A stretch of 64,000 bases of DNA, taken from contig CAJARJ010000015.1 of assembly GCA_903944345.1 (NCBI GenBank), forward strand, positions 6,433 through 70,432, read 5' to 3'. Source of the DNA: Candidatus Omnitrophota bacterium. Its GTDB lineage: Bacteria > Omnitrophota > Gorgyraeia > Zapsychrales > Fredricksoniimonadaceae. Positions 40,312 to 51,773 of the stretch are shown here, piece by piece. The first letter of the stretch is position 1. Each line of letters opens with the position of its first letter. The notes under the pieces are model-generated. The model worked only from the letters and a program-made list of their open reading frames with translations, was not told where the DNA came from and did not search any database. A program made the position numbers and the translations under genes.

Positions 40312-41157
40312 TTATCTGCCGTACATAAGCTGCAGCTGCGCTATTCTAGGAAATTCAGAATAATACTCTCCCTGCGGACCAAGAAATCCCGGTCCTGATT
40401 TACGAATAAGCACCGGAATATACCCATTGCCGTCAGCACCAGGGATATTAACCGTATACGATTCCCCCTGAGGTTCTGACGAAACGGCTTGCGGAGAGGT
40501 TGCCGTCAATCCGACGCCGCTCATTGCTGACTGGTTGGGAACCTGTGCTCCGATAACCCCTCCTGCAGTCGCTCCCAGCACACCACCAATCAAAGCTCCG
40601 CGAGCAGCATCATTTCCCTTACGCTGATACCCGATAATTCCACCGGTAACTGCGCCAAGAATCGTCCCCAGAGTAATGCCTTCGGCTACCTTGGTACGAT
40701 TCTCTGCTACAGAAGAAGAAATGATCTGCGAGCGCTCCGGATAGACCATAACAGGAGCAGCAACCACCTGGAACCCGACCGGAGTATAGATATAATAAGT
40801 CCCGTCGGCCACATAATATGCGACGCCATTAATCCGCACAATCTGATGGTACGGCGGCAAAGCTCTGACCACTGCGCCTAACGGAGCTTCGATAACCATG
40901 TACTCCATGCCCGTTCTTCTGTAATAAATACCATCGCTATAAAAGAAAACCCCTCCACCAAGACCCAACTGATAAACTCTCCCTGATAATCTTGGAAAAC
41001 GATGTCCATAAGGCGGCCGGTGATACCCGCCATGATCGTGCCGCTCGTCACGATCTCTATGCTCACGCCCAGGGCCAGCCCAGGCCGCTGCCGGTAAAGA
41101 ACCAAAAACCAAAGCCAATGTAACAACCGACACAACAACGCGTTTCGGGGACAACAT
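40312..41157 (-). CDS. Secreted DUF6515-like protein with glycine zipper
   Basis: Signal peptide, His/Arg-rich stretch, YYxxGxYY/APLGAVV repeats, GxxxG zipper. Confidence 0.7.
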   Translation of the reverse strand: MLSPKRVVVSVVTLALVFGSLPAAAWAGPGREHRDRDERHDHGGYHRPPYGHRFPRLSGRVYQLGLGGGVFFYSDGIYYRRTGMEYMVIEAPLGAVVRALPPYHQIVRINGVAYYVADGTYYIYTPVGFQVVAAPVMVYPERSQIISSSVAENRTKVAEGITLGTILGAVTGGIIGYQRKGNDAARGALIGGVLGATAGGVIGAQVPNQSAMSGVGLTATSPQAVSSEPQGESYTVNIPGADGNGYIPVLIRKSGPGFLGPQGEYYSEFPRIAQLQLMYGR

Positions 41158-41332
41158 ACGTACTCCTTTGTTAGTATAATCACCCCATGCATCAAACCTT
41201 GTCTACTCTCTGCGGGTTTCATTTATTTAGACAAATGAATCTTCCGGAAAGTTACTTTGGCCTCCCAAAATATCCTCATACAGATTTCATCCGCAAAATA
41301 TAGGCCTTGGCAAGATTTTGACAGGAAAACAA

Positions 41333-41692
41333 TTACTTGGAGAGAATCATATGTAGAGAAATACCCAGCAAAAAGATCCCGAAAAGCTTCTTTGCTGATG
41401 GATCAGACAGCTTTTGCGCCAGATCCGCTCCCAACAGCCCGCCAAAAACAAACCCCAGACAAATAAACGCTGCCATAGGCAGATTCACATGTCCATTCTG
41501 ATAATACCGCCAGGCGGCCAGAAAACCAATCGGCGGAACCATAACTGCCAGGGTTGTACCCTGAGCCTGATGCTGGGTCATGCCCAAAAACAGAGTCATC
41601 GCAGGAACAAGGATCAAACCACCACCAATCCCGAAAATGCCGGCAGAAACTCCAGCCACGAAGCCCATGAATATATAAACAAATGTCCCCAT
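41333..41692 (-). CDS. TSUP (TauE/SafE) family half-size transporter
   Basis: AGIFGIGGGLILVPAM..QHQAQGTTLA. Confidence 0.85.
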   Translation of the reverse strand: MGTFVYIFMGFVAGVSAGIFGIGGGLILVPAMTLFLGMTQHQAQGTTLAVMVPPIGFLAAWRYYQNGHVNLPMAAFICLGFVFGGLLGADLAQKLSDPSAKKLFGIFLLGISLHMILSK

Positions 41693-41768
41693 ACAAGGCC
41701 CTTCCTGTTTAGTTAAGACTTCTTTGGTCAATACCCCCCTCTGCATTAGCTGAACAAACACGACTAAA

Positions 41769-42428
41769 TCAGGGCTTAACAATACGAACTTTAGCTTCCG
41801 GTGCGAATTTGACACCCGCCCCATACCATGCCTTGCGGATATTCTCACCAGCGCCATACAAAACCCATTGAAAAGCGGGATTGGACAGACTAACAACAGC
41901 TGACATGCTCTCATGCAGAATCACGTCTACAATGTCTGCGGCGTTCCGGTCAGGCAGATGCAGAAAATCTATTTCTGCACTGGCAATTTCGTAGGTCTGC
42001 AGACTCCCATCGCAAAAGCGCAGTGTAAAACGAAAAACTCCCATACTGGTTTCGCCCCCGGCATAAATCTTTTGCGCAATTTCTGCCCGAATGCGAGTGG
42101 GCGACGGATGAATGGCTTTAATGTCTCCAACCCGCAACAGACTACGGCCCGGCCTTAGCATATGTTCAGGCCAAACCATACTGGTACGGGAAGAGGCATA
42201 GTCCAATGCTGAGGCAATATATAACCGATCATGCAAGGTATTATCCTGTAATTCCGCCAGACAGGGATAACATTTTACCCCCCAGGCCTCAACTGCTGGA
42301 ATTTCCAAAAGAGAGGCGCGCAAATGTTCTGGCAGGTCTTCATAATTCTTTTTGCCCGGAACATACTCCTGATAAACCGGATGAGTCAATTGCCGCCAGA
42401 ACGACTTGAAAGATTTAAATACCCGCAT
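41769..42428 (-). CDS. Hypothetical protein
   Basis: 219-aa ORF with RBS AAGGAAG; no recognised motif. Confidence 0.6.
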   Translation of the reverse strand: MRVFKSFKSFWRQLTHPVYQEYVPGKKNYEDLPEHLRASLLEIPAVEAWGVKCYPCLAELQDNTLHDRLYIASALDYASSRTSMVWPEHMLRPGRSLLRVGDIKAIHPSPTRIRAEIAQKIYAGGETSMGVFRFTLRFCDGSLQTYEIASAEIDFLHLPDRNAADIVDVILHESMSAVVSLSNPAFQWVLYGAGENIRKAWYGAGVKFAPEAKVRIVKP

Positions 42429-42729
42429 AGTCTTTATACTTCCTTTCTTTGCCCCAGATTTTTCTTAACCTTCACGCTGCACGGCCAACAAGTAAACACA
42501 CTGTAAAATTTGCTTAGTATCCATATTTGCGTTCCTAAAATACAGATTGGACATTTAACCTTTAGCCTTATGAATCCATAATCACTTGTTAAACATATAG
42601 TAACAAACAATTTTCTTGTCTTCGAATCTTCAAACTTTCCTTAATTAAATACCAAATCCGGAACAAGTCCAAAACACAGAATATTCCACTATCTGTCCAG
42701 TCTGGACAATCATAACAGTTGACCGTCCA

Positions 42730-44559
42730 TCAAATAAAAGACTCTCCAGATTGATCAAGGGCTCTGGATGGCAACAGCCGTCCCCCGTTGCCCCACTGAT
42801 AATCCGTTTCAAGTAAGAATGCACTTTGAATAAGCGCCAAGTGAGAGTACCCCTGCGGAAAATTCCCGGTCAATCTGCCGGTTTCCGGCTCAACATCTTC
42901 GGATAATAGCCCAAAGCGATTAACACATCCGATCGCCCGGGAAAACATTTCACTGGCCATTTGACGCCGTCCAGTCAGATAAAGAGCGTTAATCAACCAA
43001 AAAGTACAGACTATAAAAGCATTTTTGGGCTGCCCAAACTCGTCTTCTGCGGAATAGCGCATCGCCAGGCCGTTGCGCACCAACCCATTCAAAGCAGCGT
43101 CAACCGTACCCTTGATACGAGAATCCTGTGGATCAAGAAAACCGTAATGAAGCATAAGCAGATTAGAAGCATCCAAATCCCTGGAACCATAATACATAAC
43201 AAAACTGTTCATCTCCGAATTCCATCCATTAAGAAGAATGTCCTGTTTTATTTCTTCGGCTACAGCCAAATACTGGGGCACCAGGCGATCATTACCTATA
43301 AAATCGCTGATCTTGGCCGCACGATCCATGGCGACCCAGCTCATCAACTTGGAATGCACAAAATGCTGTTCCGGTCCTCTGCGCTCCCAGATTCCGCAAT
43401 CAGGCGTCTTCCAGTCAGCAATAACCTTGTTTGCCAAAGAACGAACCGCTGTCCACAACTCCTCGTCAAAATCCCGTTGTGAACGGGAATTAACAACAAA
43501 ATTGGAATAAATCGCCTCAATCAATTCTCCATAAACGTCATTTTGCTTCTGCAAATAAGCGGCATTGCCAATCCGTACCGGACGCGAGCCGCAATAACCC
43601 GATAGATGCCCCAGTTCCTTTTCTGCCAGCTGCCGCTCACCATTAATGCCGTACATAACACAAATATTCTCATGCTTGACCAGCATTCTCTCCAGAATAA
43701 ACTGGATATAGCGCTCGGAAGAATGTATATGCCCCATACGGGCGTAAAGATCGATGATCATACTGGCATCGCGTACCCAGCAATAACGATAATCCCAATT
43801 GCGTTCGCCGCCTATAATCTCGGGTAACGAAGTGGTAGGCGCGGCGATAACCGCTCCGGTGCGCTGAAACATGAGCAGTTTTAGCGTAATAACCGAACGA
43901 ATGATCAGCTCCTTGTGCTGATCGGGAACCCTTGTGCGATAAACCCAATCCATCCAGTAACTTTTGGTCTTTTCATACTCCAGATAAACTTTTTCCTGGT
44001 CAACCCTCGACAGCTTCTCATGATAAGAAAGAAGAAAATACGAAGACTTCTCAAGCATAACAGGCTTGCCGCTTAGCACCGCGGAGAAATCCAGGCTTGA
44101 ATACACATAATAACTGTTGTACTCCCCCTCGGTTGAAGTGATTTTCAGATAATCAGGGTAAATGTGGAAACTGCCCGCTCCAAGTCCGTAATTCGGCGCT
44201 GGTTTTAACTCGACCCTGATGCGGGGAGAGCCTGAAATCACATGAATATTGCGATGAATTTCCGACGGGCAATACACATCCCCTCCCCCTGTCAAAAAGC
44301 GAGGCATATAATCCATCACTTCAAAAACACCATCCTCTGTCTCAAAACGGGTTTTAAGAATAGGCGTATGATAAGCATATTCCTGGCGGATACTCTTGAG
44401 ACCTTCGGCAGAAATCCTGAAGAACCCCGCGCGCTCCTGATCCAGAATCCGACCAAACAAGGAGGGGGAATCAAAAAATGGCAGGCACAGCCAGTCAATT
44501 GAAGCATCCGGACCAATCAGCGCGGCACTTGTACAGTTCCCGATAATCGCATAGTTCAT
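42730..44559 (-). CDS. Glycoside hydrolase family 15 (trehalase/glucoamylase-like)
   Basis: IAAPTTSLPE, NWDYRYCWVRD, GIWE, GLLSED, GNFPQGYSH. Confidence 0.93.
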   Translation of the reverse strand: MNYAIIGNCTSAALIGPDASIDWLCLPFFDSPSLFGRILDQERAGFFRISAEGLKSIRQEYAYHTPILKTRFETEDGVFEVMDYMPRFLTGGGDVYCPSEIHRNIHVISGSPRIRVELKPAPNYGLGAGSFHIYPDYLKITSTEGEYNSYYVYSSLDFSAVLSGKPVMLEKSSYFLLSYHEKLSRVDQEKVYLEYEKTKSYWMDWVYRTRVPDQHKELIIRSVITLKLLMFQRTGAVIAAPTTSLPEIIGGERNWDYRYCWVRDASMIIDLYARMGHIHSSERYIQFILERMLVKHENICVMYGINGERQLAEKELGHLSGYCGSRPVRIGNAAYLQKQNDVYGELIEAIYSNFVVNSRSQRDFDEELWTAVRSLANKVIADWKTPDCGIWERRGPEQHFVHSKLMSWVAMDRAAKISDFIGNDRLVPQYLAVAEEIKQDILLNGWNSEMNSFVMYYGSRDLDASNLLMLHYGFLDPQDSRIKGTVDAALNGLVRNGLAMRYSAEDEFGQPKNAFIVCTFWLINALYLTGRRQMASEMFSRAIGCVNRFGLLSEDVEPETGRLTGNFPQGYSHLALIQSAFLLETDYQWGNGGRLLPSRALDQSGESFI

Positions 44560-44576
44560 TAAGAACTCCCCCCTTC

Positions 44577-46043
44577 TTACGCCACCCGGTTACAACTTAC
44601 AACAATTGTCTGCAGGGCGGAAAAATCCTCGGAGTTGGCCAAAATCAAAAGCACATCGCCCCCTTCAAGCGCCAACCCTCCGGAAGGAATTACAAAACGA
44701 CCCGCACGGGAAACAAGAACAATCAGGCATTTGTCAGGGACACCCAACTCCCCGATCTTGCGCCCCACCACCACGGAGTTGTAGGGCACAATCAAATCCG
44801 CCAGCTCAGCGTCGATTGAGCTGCTTTTTTCGAACTCGATCGGATAAGCGATACGATTGGGTAAAGGAACATCCAGCCTGAGCATCCTTGACACCAGTGG
44901 AATTGTTGTTCCCTGAACAAAAACCGAAACAACCACAACAAAGAACACTACGTTAAAGATAGTGTCTGCCTGGGGAATCCCCGCCATAAAAGGAAATGTC
45001 GCCAGAATAATGGGGACAGACCCTCTTAGACCAACCCAGGAAAGCATGGCTTTCTTGCGAATATTCATTCGAAAAGGCAAAAGGCAGATAAACACACTTA
45101 ACGGACGAGCCACCAGAATAAGAAGCGCAGTCAACAACAGGCCCGGGCCGATAAAAGGAACAATATGCGAAGGGAACACAAGCATACCCAGAGTGACAAA
45201 CATAACAATCTGCAGCAGCCAGGCCAGACCATCGTGAAACCGCATCACCATCTTTTTCCCGGAGAAATCTGTCTGGCCCAGCATCAACCCGAGCAGATAG
45301 ACCGCCAGGATACCGTTCCCCCGAAGAAGAACAGCAATGGAGAACGTCAAAAGAACAAACGAAATCATCAGAACCGGATACAGTCCCTCATACTCCAGTC
45401 TGAGCTGATTCATGACAAAACGCGCGAACCTGGCCATAAGAAAACCGATCAGCGCCCCCACACCCATATCGAGAAAAAATCCAGGAATCAGTGAAACCAG
45501 ACTGATGTCCTTGACCGTCAACAGACTGATAAACGCTGCCGTCAAGAAAACAGCAACCGGATCATTACTACCTGACTCAAACTCAAGTAAAGGCTTGAGC
45601 GGTTTCTTAAGACTGATGTTGCGGGATCTAAGAACCGAGAACACCGCGGCGGCGTCTGTCGAGGAGACAATCGAACCGAGCAGCAATCCTTCCAGAAGAG
45701 AAAATTTAAGAATATATACTGCAAACCATCCGGTAAGAAGCGCGGTCAAAAGTACTCCGAGAGTAGAAAGCAGGATCCCCGGAAGAAGGACGGGCCGGGT
45801 TTCTTTCCAGTTGGTATCCAGCCCTCCTGAAAAAATAATAAACATGAGTGCAACCATGCCGACAGACTTGGCAATCCTGGCATCATCGAAATAAATCCCG
45901 CCGATGCCTTCCGACCCGGCCAGAACACCAACAGCCAGAAACAAAAGAAGTACAGGAATAGCGAAACGGTCAGAAATCTTGCTGGCCACCACACTGACAA
46001 AAATCAGCGCGGCAATCAAAAACGTAAAAAGCTCGAAAGACAT
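44577..46043 (-). CDS. cvrA: K+/H+ antiporter NhaP2/CvrA with TrkA_C domain
   Basis: SSTDAAAVFSVLR, LEFESGSNDP, WVGLRGSVPIILA. Confidence 0.9.
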   Translation of the reverse strand: MSFELFTFLIAALIFVSVVASKISDRFAIPVLLLFLAVGVLAGSEGIGGIYFDDARIAKSVGMVALMFIIFSGGLDTNWKETRPVLLPGILLSTLGVLLTALLTGWFAVYILKFSLLEGLLLGSIVSSTDAAAVFSVLRSRNISLKKPLKPLLEFESGSNDPVAVFLTAAFISLLTVKDISLVSLIPGFFLDMGVGALIGFLMARFARFVMNQLRLEYEGLYPVLMISFVLLTFSIAVLLRGNGILAVYLLGLMLGQTDFSGKKMVMRFHDGLAWLLQIVMFVTLGMLVFPSHIVPFIGPGLLLTALLILVARPLSVFICLLPFRMNIRKKAMLSWVGLRGSVPIILATFPFMAGIPQADTIFNVVFFVVVVSVFVQGTTIPLVSRMLRLDVPLPNRIAYPIEFEKSSSIDAELADLIVPYNSVVVGRKIGELGVPDKCLIVLVSRAGRFVIPSGGLALEGGDVLLILANSEDFSALQTIVVSCNRVA

Positions 46044-46238
46044 CAGATCCGCCCTTTCGACTGCAACCCCTCTTGGCTTATGCATGGTCTACCCGTCCAA
46101 AGCGACCGGACAAGATGCGGCAACCCCGCTGCTTCATTTAAACAGCAACAACAGTAAAGATCAACAACAAAAGTAGCGCTGAGGTCGCAATTAACGGGGA
46201 AGAATGAAGCAGGGGAGAAATTCCCGGGCCTGCAGAAG

Positions 46239-46904
46239 TTAAAGCCTTTCCGGATGATGCTTGACCACCTCGGCCTTGACCATGTAGATCACATCTTCGG
46301 CAATATAGGTAGCATGATCACACACCCGTTCCAGATGGCGAGCAGCCAGAATAAGAGGGACAGCACGAGGAGCAACGGCTCCGTCCTTGACTATATAATC
46401 ATAGATCAGCTCGTTTTGTATGCTATCCTTGAGCTTGTCCGCTTCGGAATCCATCAGGATAACACTTCTGGCCAGAGCGCTGTCTCTGGTAATAAACGAA
46501 TCGATAGCCGTCTTGACCATGCGCTGGGCCACCAGAGCCAGTCTGGGAGTTTCTACCAGAGGCTTCAAAAGAGGTGCGTCCGCAATCTCGAGAACCCGCT
46601 CGGCCACATCCACCGCCAAATCGGCAACCCGTTCCAGTTCCCCGTTAAGCCTCATACCCGTCATAATAAAACGCAAGTCCACGGCCATAGGCTGGTGACG
46701 AGCGACCAGATCAAGGCAAAGCTCGTCGATAACCAACTCCAGATCGTCAATCTGGCTGTCACGCTCGATAACCAAGCGGGCCATAGCCACATCCCGATTC
46801 TTGAGCGCCGTCACTGCCTGGTCGATCAATTCTTCAACCAGCGTGCCCATTTTCAAGATCCCGTCATTAAGATCCTGCAACTCTTCATGAAAATGCTTGC
46901 TCAT
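46239..46904 (-). CDS. phoU: Phosphate signalling protein PhoU
   Basis: QPMAVDLR, ELERVAD, LERVCDHATYIAE. Confidence 0.96.
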   Translation of the reverse strand: MSKHFHEELQDLNDGILKMGTLVEELIDQAVTALKNRDVAMARLVIERDSQIDDLELVIDELCLDLVARHQPMAVDLRFIMTGMRLNGELERVADLAVDVAERVLEIADAPLLKPLVETPRLALVAQRMVKTAIDSFITRDSALARSVILMDSEADKLKDSIQNELIYDYIVKDGAVAPRAVPLILAARHLERVCDHATYIAEDVIYMVKAEVVKHHPERL

Positions 46905-46919
46905 AATCTTCTCCTGGGC

Positions 46920-47681
46920 TTAACCAAAACGTCCGGTAATGTAATCCTCGGTTCTTTTATCGCGCGGAGCCTTGAAAATAATCTCCGTTTGATCAAATTC
47001 GATAAGCTCACCCATCAGAAAAAAGCCAGTGTAATCAGAAACCCGCGCCGCCTGTTGCATATTATGTGTAACAATAACAATTGTATAGTCTTTTTCCAGT
47101 TCCAGAATCAGATCCTCAATCTTTTTTGTAGATATAGGATCAAGACTGGCACAGGGCTCGTCAAACAGAATAACCTCCGGCTCGATGGCCAGGCAACGCG
47201 CAATGCACAAACGCTGTTGCTGTCCGCCGGAAAGGCGCAGGGCACTGTCATGCAGCCGCCCCTTGATCTCCCCCCAAAGCGCCGCTTTCTTTAAAGAATC
47301 CACTACGCGCTCCTCGATGAGCGCTTTGTTACGGACCCCGTTGATCTGCAGGCCATAAGCGATATTCTCGAAAATACTCTTGGGAAAAGGATTCGGTTTC
47401 TGGAAGACCATGCCGACCCGTTTACGCAAATCGACAGCATCAACGTCGGAGCCAACCACATCCTTGCCGTCCAGAAGAATCCGCCCTTCCAGCCGGGCAT
47501 TGGGCACAATCTCATGCATCCGGTTGAGCAAACGAATAAATGTGGATTTTCCGCAACCGGAAGGACCGATAATAGCGGTAACCGCATTGTTGCGGATCTC
47601 CAGATTGATCCCTTTAAGGACATGATGAGCGCCGTAATAAAAATTCACATTCTCAGCCTTCATCCTGATCTTAGTGGCCAT
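46920..47681 (-). CDS. pstB: Phosphate ABC transporter ATPase
   Basis: [37 protein letters not shown]. Confidence 0.98.
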   Translation of the reverse strand: MATKIRMKAENVNFYYGAHHVLKGINLEIRNNAVTAIIGPSGCGKSTFIRLLNRMHEIVPNARLEGRILLDGKDVVGSDVDAVDLRKRVGMVFQKPNPFPKSIFENIAYGLQINGVRNKALIEERVVDSLKKAALWGEIKGRLHDSALRLSGGQQQRLCIARCLAIEPEVILFDEPCASLDPISTKKIEDLILELEKDYTIVIVTHNMQQAARVSDYTGFFLMGELIEFDQTEIIFKAPRDKRTEDYITGRFG

Positions 47682-48540
47682 GGGAAATGCCTTTCTTTCT
47701 CAAATGATAACGGAGGATCACCGCCGCCAGGTTCATGGCAAAAATCATGACAACCAGTACCAGCGCAGTGCCGTATGCAATCGGCCTAACCAGGGTAATG
47801 TTGTGATGCTGGGTTGACATGATATACAGATGATACGGCAAGGCCATAAACTGGCTCAGGATCGAATTGGGAATATCCGGCAGAAAGAATGCTGCCCCGG
47901 TAAAAAGAATAGGGGCCGTCTCACCCGCCGCACGGGATAACCCGAGAATGGTTCCGGTCAACATGCCCGGCACCGCATACGGCAAAACATTGCTCCAGAT
48001 CGACTGCCATTTGGTGGCGCCCAAAGCCAGCGCACCTTCCCGATACGAACGCGGCACCGTCTTTAAGGCCTCTTCGCTGGCTGTAATCGTCAACGGGAGA
48101 GTCATCAGGCCAAGCGTACATCCTGCCGCCAAAATGGAGGTTCCGAAATGAAGCATCTCCACAAAGAGCGACACCCCAAAAAGCCCGTACACAATAGATG
48201 GGACTCCGGAAAGATTCCGGATCGACATACGAATAAATCGTGTCAAACCGTTGTCCCGGGCATATTCATTAAGATAAATCGCGCACCCCATGCCCAAAGG
48301 AACCGAAAGCAGCGCCGTAATTATGGTTACAAAAAAAGTTCCCACAATCGCCGGGAAAATGCCCCCTTTAGTCATGCCGTCAGCCGGAGGTTGTGTCAAA
48401 AACTCCCAGGAAACAATCCCGATGCCCTTGGTGATAATATCGTAAAAAATAACCACCAGGATCATGCCCACCACAACCATGCACACACGCAAAGACATAA
48501 AACCAAAGAACTCAACAATTCGGGAATACCTGATTTTCAT
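47671..48540 (-). CDS. pstA: Phosphate ABC transporter permease
   Basis: [29 protein letters not shown]. Confidence 0.97.
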   Translation of the reverse strand: MKIRYSRIVEFFGFMSLRVCMVVVGMILVVIFYDIITKGIGIVSWEFLTQPPADGMTKGGIFPAIVGTFFVTIITALLSVPLGMGCAIYLNEYARDNGLTRFIRMSIRNLSGVPSIVYGLFGVSLFVEMLHFGTSILAAGCTLGLMTLPLTITASEEALKTVPRSYREGALALGATKWQSIWSNVLPYAVPGMLTGTILGLSRAAGETAPILFTGAAFFLPDIPNSILSQFMALPYHLYIMSTQHHNITLVRPIAYGTALVLVVMIFAMNLAAVILRYHLRKKGISHGH

Positions 48541-49460
48541 CCCTGCACCTGCGTATGCTTGTGAAAAACGATGTCAGACACCAGATTGATCACAAAAGTA
48601 ATAAGAAACAACAATAAACCCACTGCAAAAAGCATATGAAAATGGGTTGTGTAGTAGGCCACCTCTCCCAACTCGATGGCAATCGTGGAAGTCATCGTCT
48701 TGACTGATCCCAGAAACCCTCTGGGAAATTCGGCGGAATTTCCGGTAGCCATAAGAACCGTCATCGTTTCACCTATAGCCCGCCCCATGCCCAACATACA
48801 AGCCGCCAGAATTCCTGATGCCGCGGCCGGTATCTTGACTTTGATCACCGTCTGCCAGCGGCTGGCGCCAAGCGCCAAAGAAGCTTCCTCATAGGAACGC
48901 GGCACAGCACTTAACGCGTCTTCGGAAAGACTGATAATCGTAGGCAAGGCCATGACCGCCAGCAGCACGGAACCATTAAGAGCGGTCAGCCCGCCATAAG
49001 TTCCGGTCAGACGAGCCAGGACAGGCCCCAACAAAACAATCCCCAGAAAACCAACTACCACTGAAGGAATACCCGCCAGAACCTCGACTGCGGGCTTGGC
49101 AATTTCACGCACACGGGGGCTGGCCACATCTGACAAATACGCCGCAGTACCCACCCCCAAAGGAACCGCCACCACAAGAGAACCAAGAGTCACCATCAAG
49201 GAGCTGGCCAACATCGGCAGAATCCCATAGGTCGGCTGCTCGTAAGCGTCCGGATTCCAAATCGGCGCCGTGAAGAAATGCGCAAAGTTGACCTCCTTGA
49301 ACGCCGGCAGAGCATTTTTGACCAGCAGGATAAAAATCCCCGCCAGGATCACAATAACAATAACCCCATTAATCAAGAAGAAGCTCTCAATGAGCTTCTC
49401 CTTGTTACGCCTGCTGATGAATTTGCCCGACAGCAATTTCTTACAATCCAAACTTGGCAT
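48537..49460 (-). CDS. pstC: Phosphate ABC transporter permease
   Basis: YGILP, LAGIPSVV, GRAIGETM. Confidence 0.97.
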   Translation of the reverse strand: MPSLDCKKLLSGKFISRRNKEKLIESFFLINGVIVIVILAGIFILLVKNALPAFKEVNFAHFFTAPIWNPDAYEQPTYGILPMLASSLMVTLGSLVVAVPLGVGTAAYLSDVASPRVREIAKPAVEVLAGIPSVVVGFLGIVLLGPVLARLTGTYGGLTALNGSVLLAVMALPTIISLSEDALSAVPRSYEEASLALGASRWQTVIKVKIPAAASGILAACMLGMGRAIGETMTVLMATGNSAEFPRGFLGSVKTMTSTIAIELGEVAYYTTHFHMLFAVGLLLFLITFVINLVSDIVFHKHTQVQG

Positions 49461-50313
49461 TGGCTTCCTGATATTCTGCTGAGATCGGATAAAAACCTTC
49501 TTCTTCTACAATACGCTGTCCTTCAGGAGAAAGCTCGAAAGAAAGGAAATCTTTGGCTACACCTGTCGGTTTTCCATTCACATACTGATACAACGGCCGG
49601 GCAATCGGATACTCTCCCGCCTCAACCGCCGCTTTATCCAACGGACTGCTGTAACTCCCGCCTTCTTTCATGGCGACATTGATGATCGTCACTCCCGTAG
49701 CATGCTGGGCGTAACCAACACCAATATAACCAATGCCCGATGGATCAGCCTTGACAGCTTCCACAATCTGCGAAGTGCCATTCATCGTTTTCATCTTTGA
49801 GGAATATTCTCCCTTGAGCACCATTTCACGAAAAAAACCGTAAGTGCCCGAATTGGACTGCCGACCATAAAGGTTGATCGGCATATCCGCGCCACCAACC
49901 TCGGACCAATTCTTGATCTCGCCACGATAAATAGCTCCGATCTGACTGACCGTAAGACGGGAAATCAGGTTCTTGTCGTTGACGATCACGCTCAGCCCAT
50001 CAATTGCGATCACGATACGGCTGGGAGAAATTCCGGCAGCAACCGCGCTCTCAATTTCTTTGGGATTAATAGCACGGGACGCATTGGCAATATCACACTT
50101 TTTATTGATCATCGCCGCAATACCCGTTCCGGAGCCGCCACCCGTGACCGAAATCTTGGCCCCGGGATTCTGCTGCATATAAACCTCAGCCTGCTTCTGC
50201 ACCAGATTAATAATTGTATCCGACCCCTTGATCTGTATCATTTCCGCGGATGCGGCCGCAGCTCCGGCCAGCAGACCGCATACAGCCAAACCCAATTTAA
50301 CGCCCTTTATCAT
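49441..50313 (-). CDS. pstS: Phosphate ABC transporter substrate-binding protein
   Basis: KGSDT, GGGSGTG, ANASR, SGTYGFF, YPIARPL. Confidence 0.96.
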   Translation of the reverse strand: MIKGVKLGLAVCGLLAGAAAASAEMIQIKGSDTIINLVQKQAEVYMQQNPGAKISVTGGGSGTGIAAMINKKCDIANASRAINPKEIESAVAAGISPSRIVIAIDGLSVIVNDKNLISRLTVSQIGAIYRGEIKNWSEVGGADMPINLYGRQSNSGTYGFFREMVLKGEYSSKMKTMNGTSQIVEAVKADPSGIGYIGVGYAQHATGVTIINVAMKEGGSYSSPLDKAAVEAGEYPIARPLYQYVNGKPTGVAKDFLSFELSPEGQRIVEEEGFYPISAEYQEANAKFGL

Positions 50314-50381
50314 ACATCCTCCTTGATAGTTTTGGCAACATCTTCACCAGAATTCAACAGGCTGTTAAGCTATCTAACTGC

Positions 50382-51704
50382 TTAGAACTTGAGATTAATA
50401 TCCGCCTGAAAAATTCTTTCGGGATAACTCTGCCCCTTTAAAACATCCGACATGTAGTAATCCAGACCCAAGCTGACGTTCTTGGCCAGACCAATATCCA
50501 GAATCAGCTCATTGCCTTTGATGTTTGTTCCGCCACTATAACGATCTGAATCCGGAAAAGCATCCAGCCACGCATCACTGGCCAGACGAACATACTGGTA
50601 CTTGAACTGCCAGGTCTTGGCACCGGAAACCTTCTTGTGTCCGATTTTCAATCCGGCGGCATAGCCTGTATTATCTGAATTCGGGTCGGGATTCATGACA
50701 TAGTCGCCAAACAGACCAACCATCTTGATAGGAGAAGATGTCTCTTCGGGCCAGGAATACACCAATTCAGCTGAACCGGCGTAAATATTGCCAAAATCAT
50801 AAACATACCTCGAGGATGCAACGGTGTTGCCAGAAACACGTCCGTCTATTAAAGACCCACTATCATCATTCTGCATACCATAAAAGGTTCCGGCTAGCTT
50901 GAAGTTGACCGCCTCTATCGGCTCGAACACCATCCCTGCCTGGGCATAATACATTCCAAGATCACTAGCCATTGACGAAGACTCATCCAGCACCCAGTAA
51001 CCGGCATTGACGAAAGCATCCCCCAGCAGCACCCTGGCAAAATCCGCATGAACCGAAGCGCCTTCCTGATTAATGTCGGAATCCCAAAGCATATCGCTAG
51101 TGTACCACAAGTAGTCTGTACCCATAGCGTTATACTTACCGCCAATCATCCTTAAAGACGAATTATATTTGTAGTCGGCATACGCATAATCAAGGCGGAT
51201 ATCCCCGCGGCTAAACCCATTCTGCATGGTCAGATTGGTAGAACGGGAATCGTCAACTCCGTTAGAAACCGTACACGCCGAGCCAGCCGCGCAGGACGTA
51301 GAACTTATCTTTTCGGCACTTGCCAGTCCCGCCGCAACTGTTACTTTCTCGTTAGGCTTAGTTTCGAGCCCCAGACGATAGCGTATCCGGCCGCGATTTC
51401 TGACCGTTCCACCTGTGGAAGTAGACGATTTTTTCTGCTGGGACTGATAACGCAGACGCAAATCTCCTTTTAGCTTGGTGGTCTGAATCCATGAAGGAAG
51501 CATATCATTTGCCCCTTTGGCATTCTGTTTGGCCACATCCTGCCTGGTTTCATCCATCAATATCTGGGCCTCGTTAGGCGCAAGAACGCCCTTCTCGACT
51601 AATTTCTGAACAAGGAGATCGACCTCCCCGGCGTAGGCCGACGAAACGCCCAGACTCAGCGCCGCCCCCCACAACAAAAACACCGCAAGAACTCCATTAC
51701 GCAT
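50382..51704 (-). CDS. Putative phosphate-regulated outer-membrane porin
   Basis: Signal peptide, LVQKLVEKGVL, KLKGDLRLRY, beta-strand pattern, C-terminal Phe. Confidence 0.85.
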   Translation of the reverse strand: MRNGVLAVFLLWGAALSLGVSSAYAGEVDLLVQKLVEKGVLAPNEAQILMDETRQDVAKQNAKGANDMLPSWIQTTKLKGDLRLRYQSQQKKSSTSTGGTVRNRGRIRYRLGLETKPNEKVTVAAGLASAEKISSTSCAAGSACTVSNGVDDSRSTNLTMQNGFSRGDIRLDYAYADYKYNSSLRMIGGKYNAMGTDYLWYTSDMLWDSDINQEGASVHADFARVLLGDAFVNAGYWVLDESSSMASDLGMYYAQAGMVFEPIEAVNFKLAGTFYGMQNDDSGSLIDGRVSGNTVASSRYVYDFGNIYAGSAELVYSWPEETSSPIKMVGLFGDYVMNPDPNSDNTGYAAGLKIGHKKVSGAKTWQFKYQYVRLASDAWLDAFPDSDRYSGGTNIKGNELILDIGLAKNVSLGLDYYMSDVLKGQSYPERIFQADINLKF

Positions 51705-51773
51705 ACTCTTTTCCCCTTTCTTGGTTTGCTTCGGATCGCTGTCGATCTTTTGCCACAAGAATAGAGTAAAAGT

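Noticed and set aside
42694-42708. 15-bp palindrome TGTCCAG-T-CTGGACA
   Set aside because: Isolated, no second copy or U tract; cannot assign a function.
46100-46235. Leu/Val-rich frame (..LLLLLIFTVVAV*) and CTGCTTCATT inverted repeat upstream of cvrA, as an attenuator or cation riboswitch
   Set aside because: No ATG or RBS for a leader peptide, the downstream gene is not amino-acid biosynthetic, and no riboswitch consensus was recognised; an Rfam scan would settle it.
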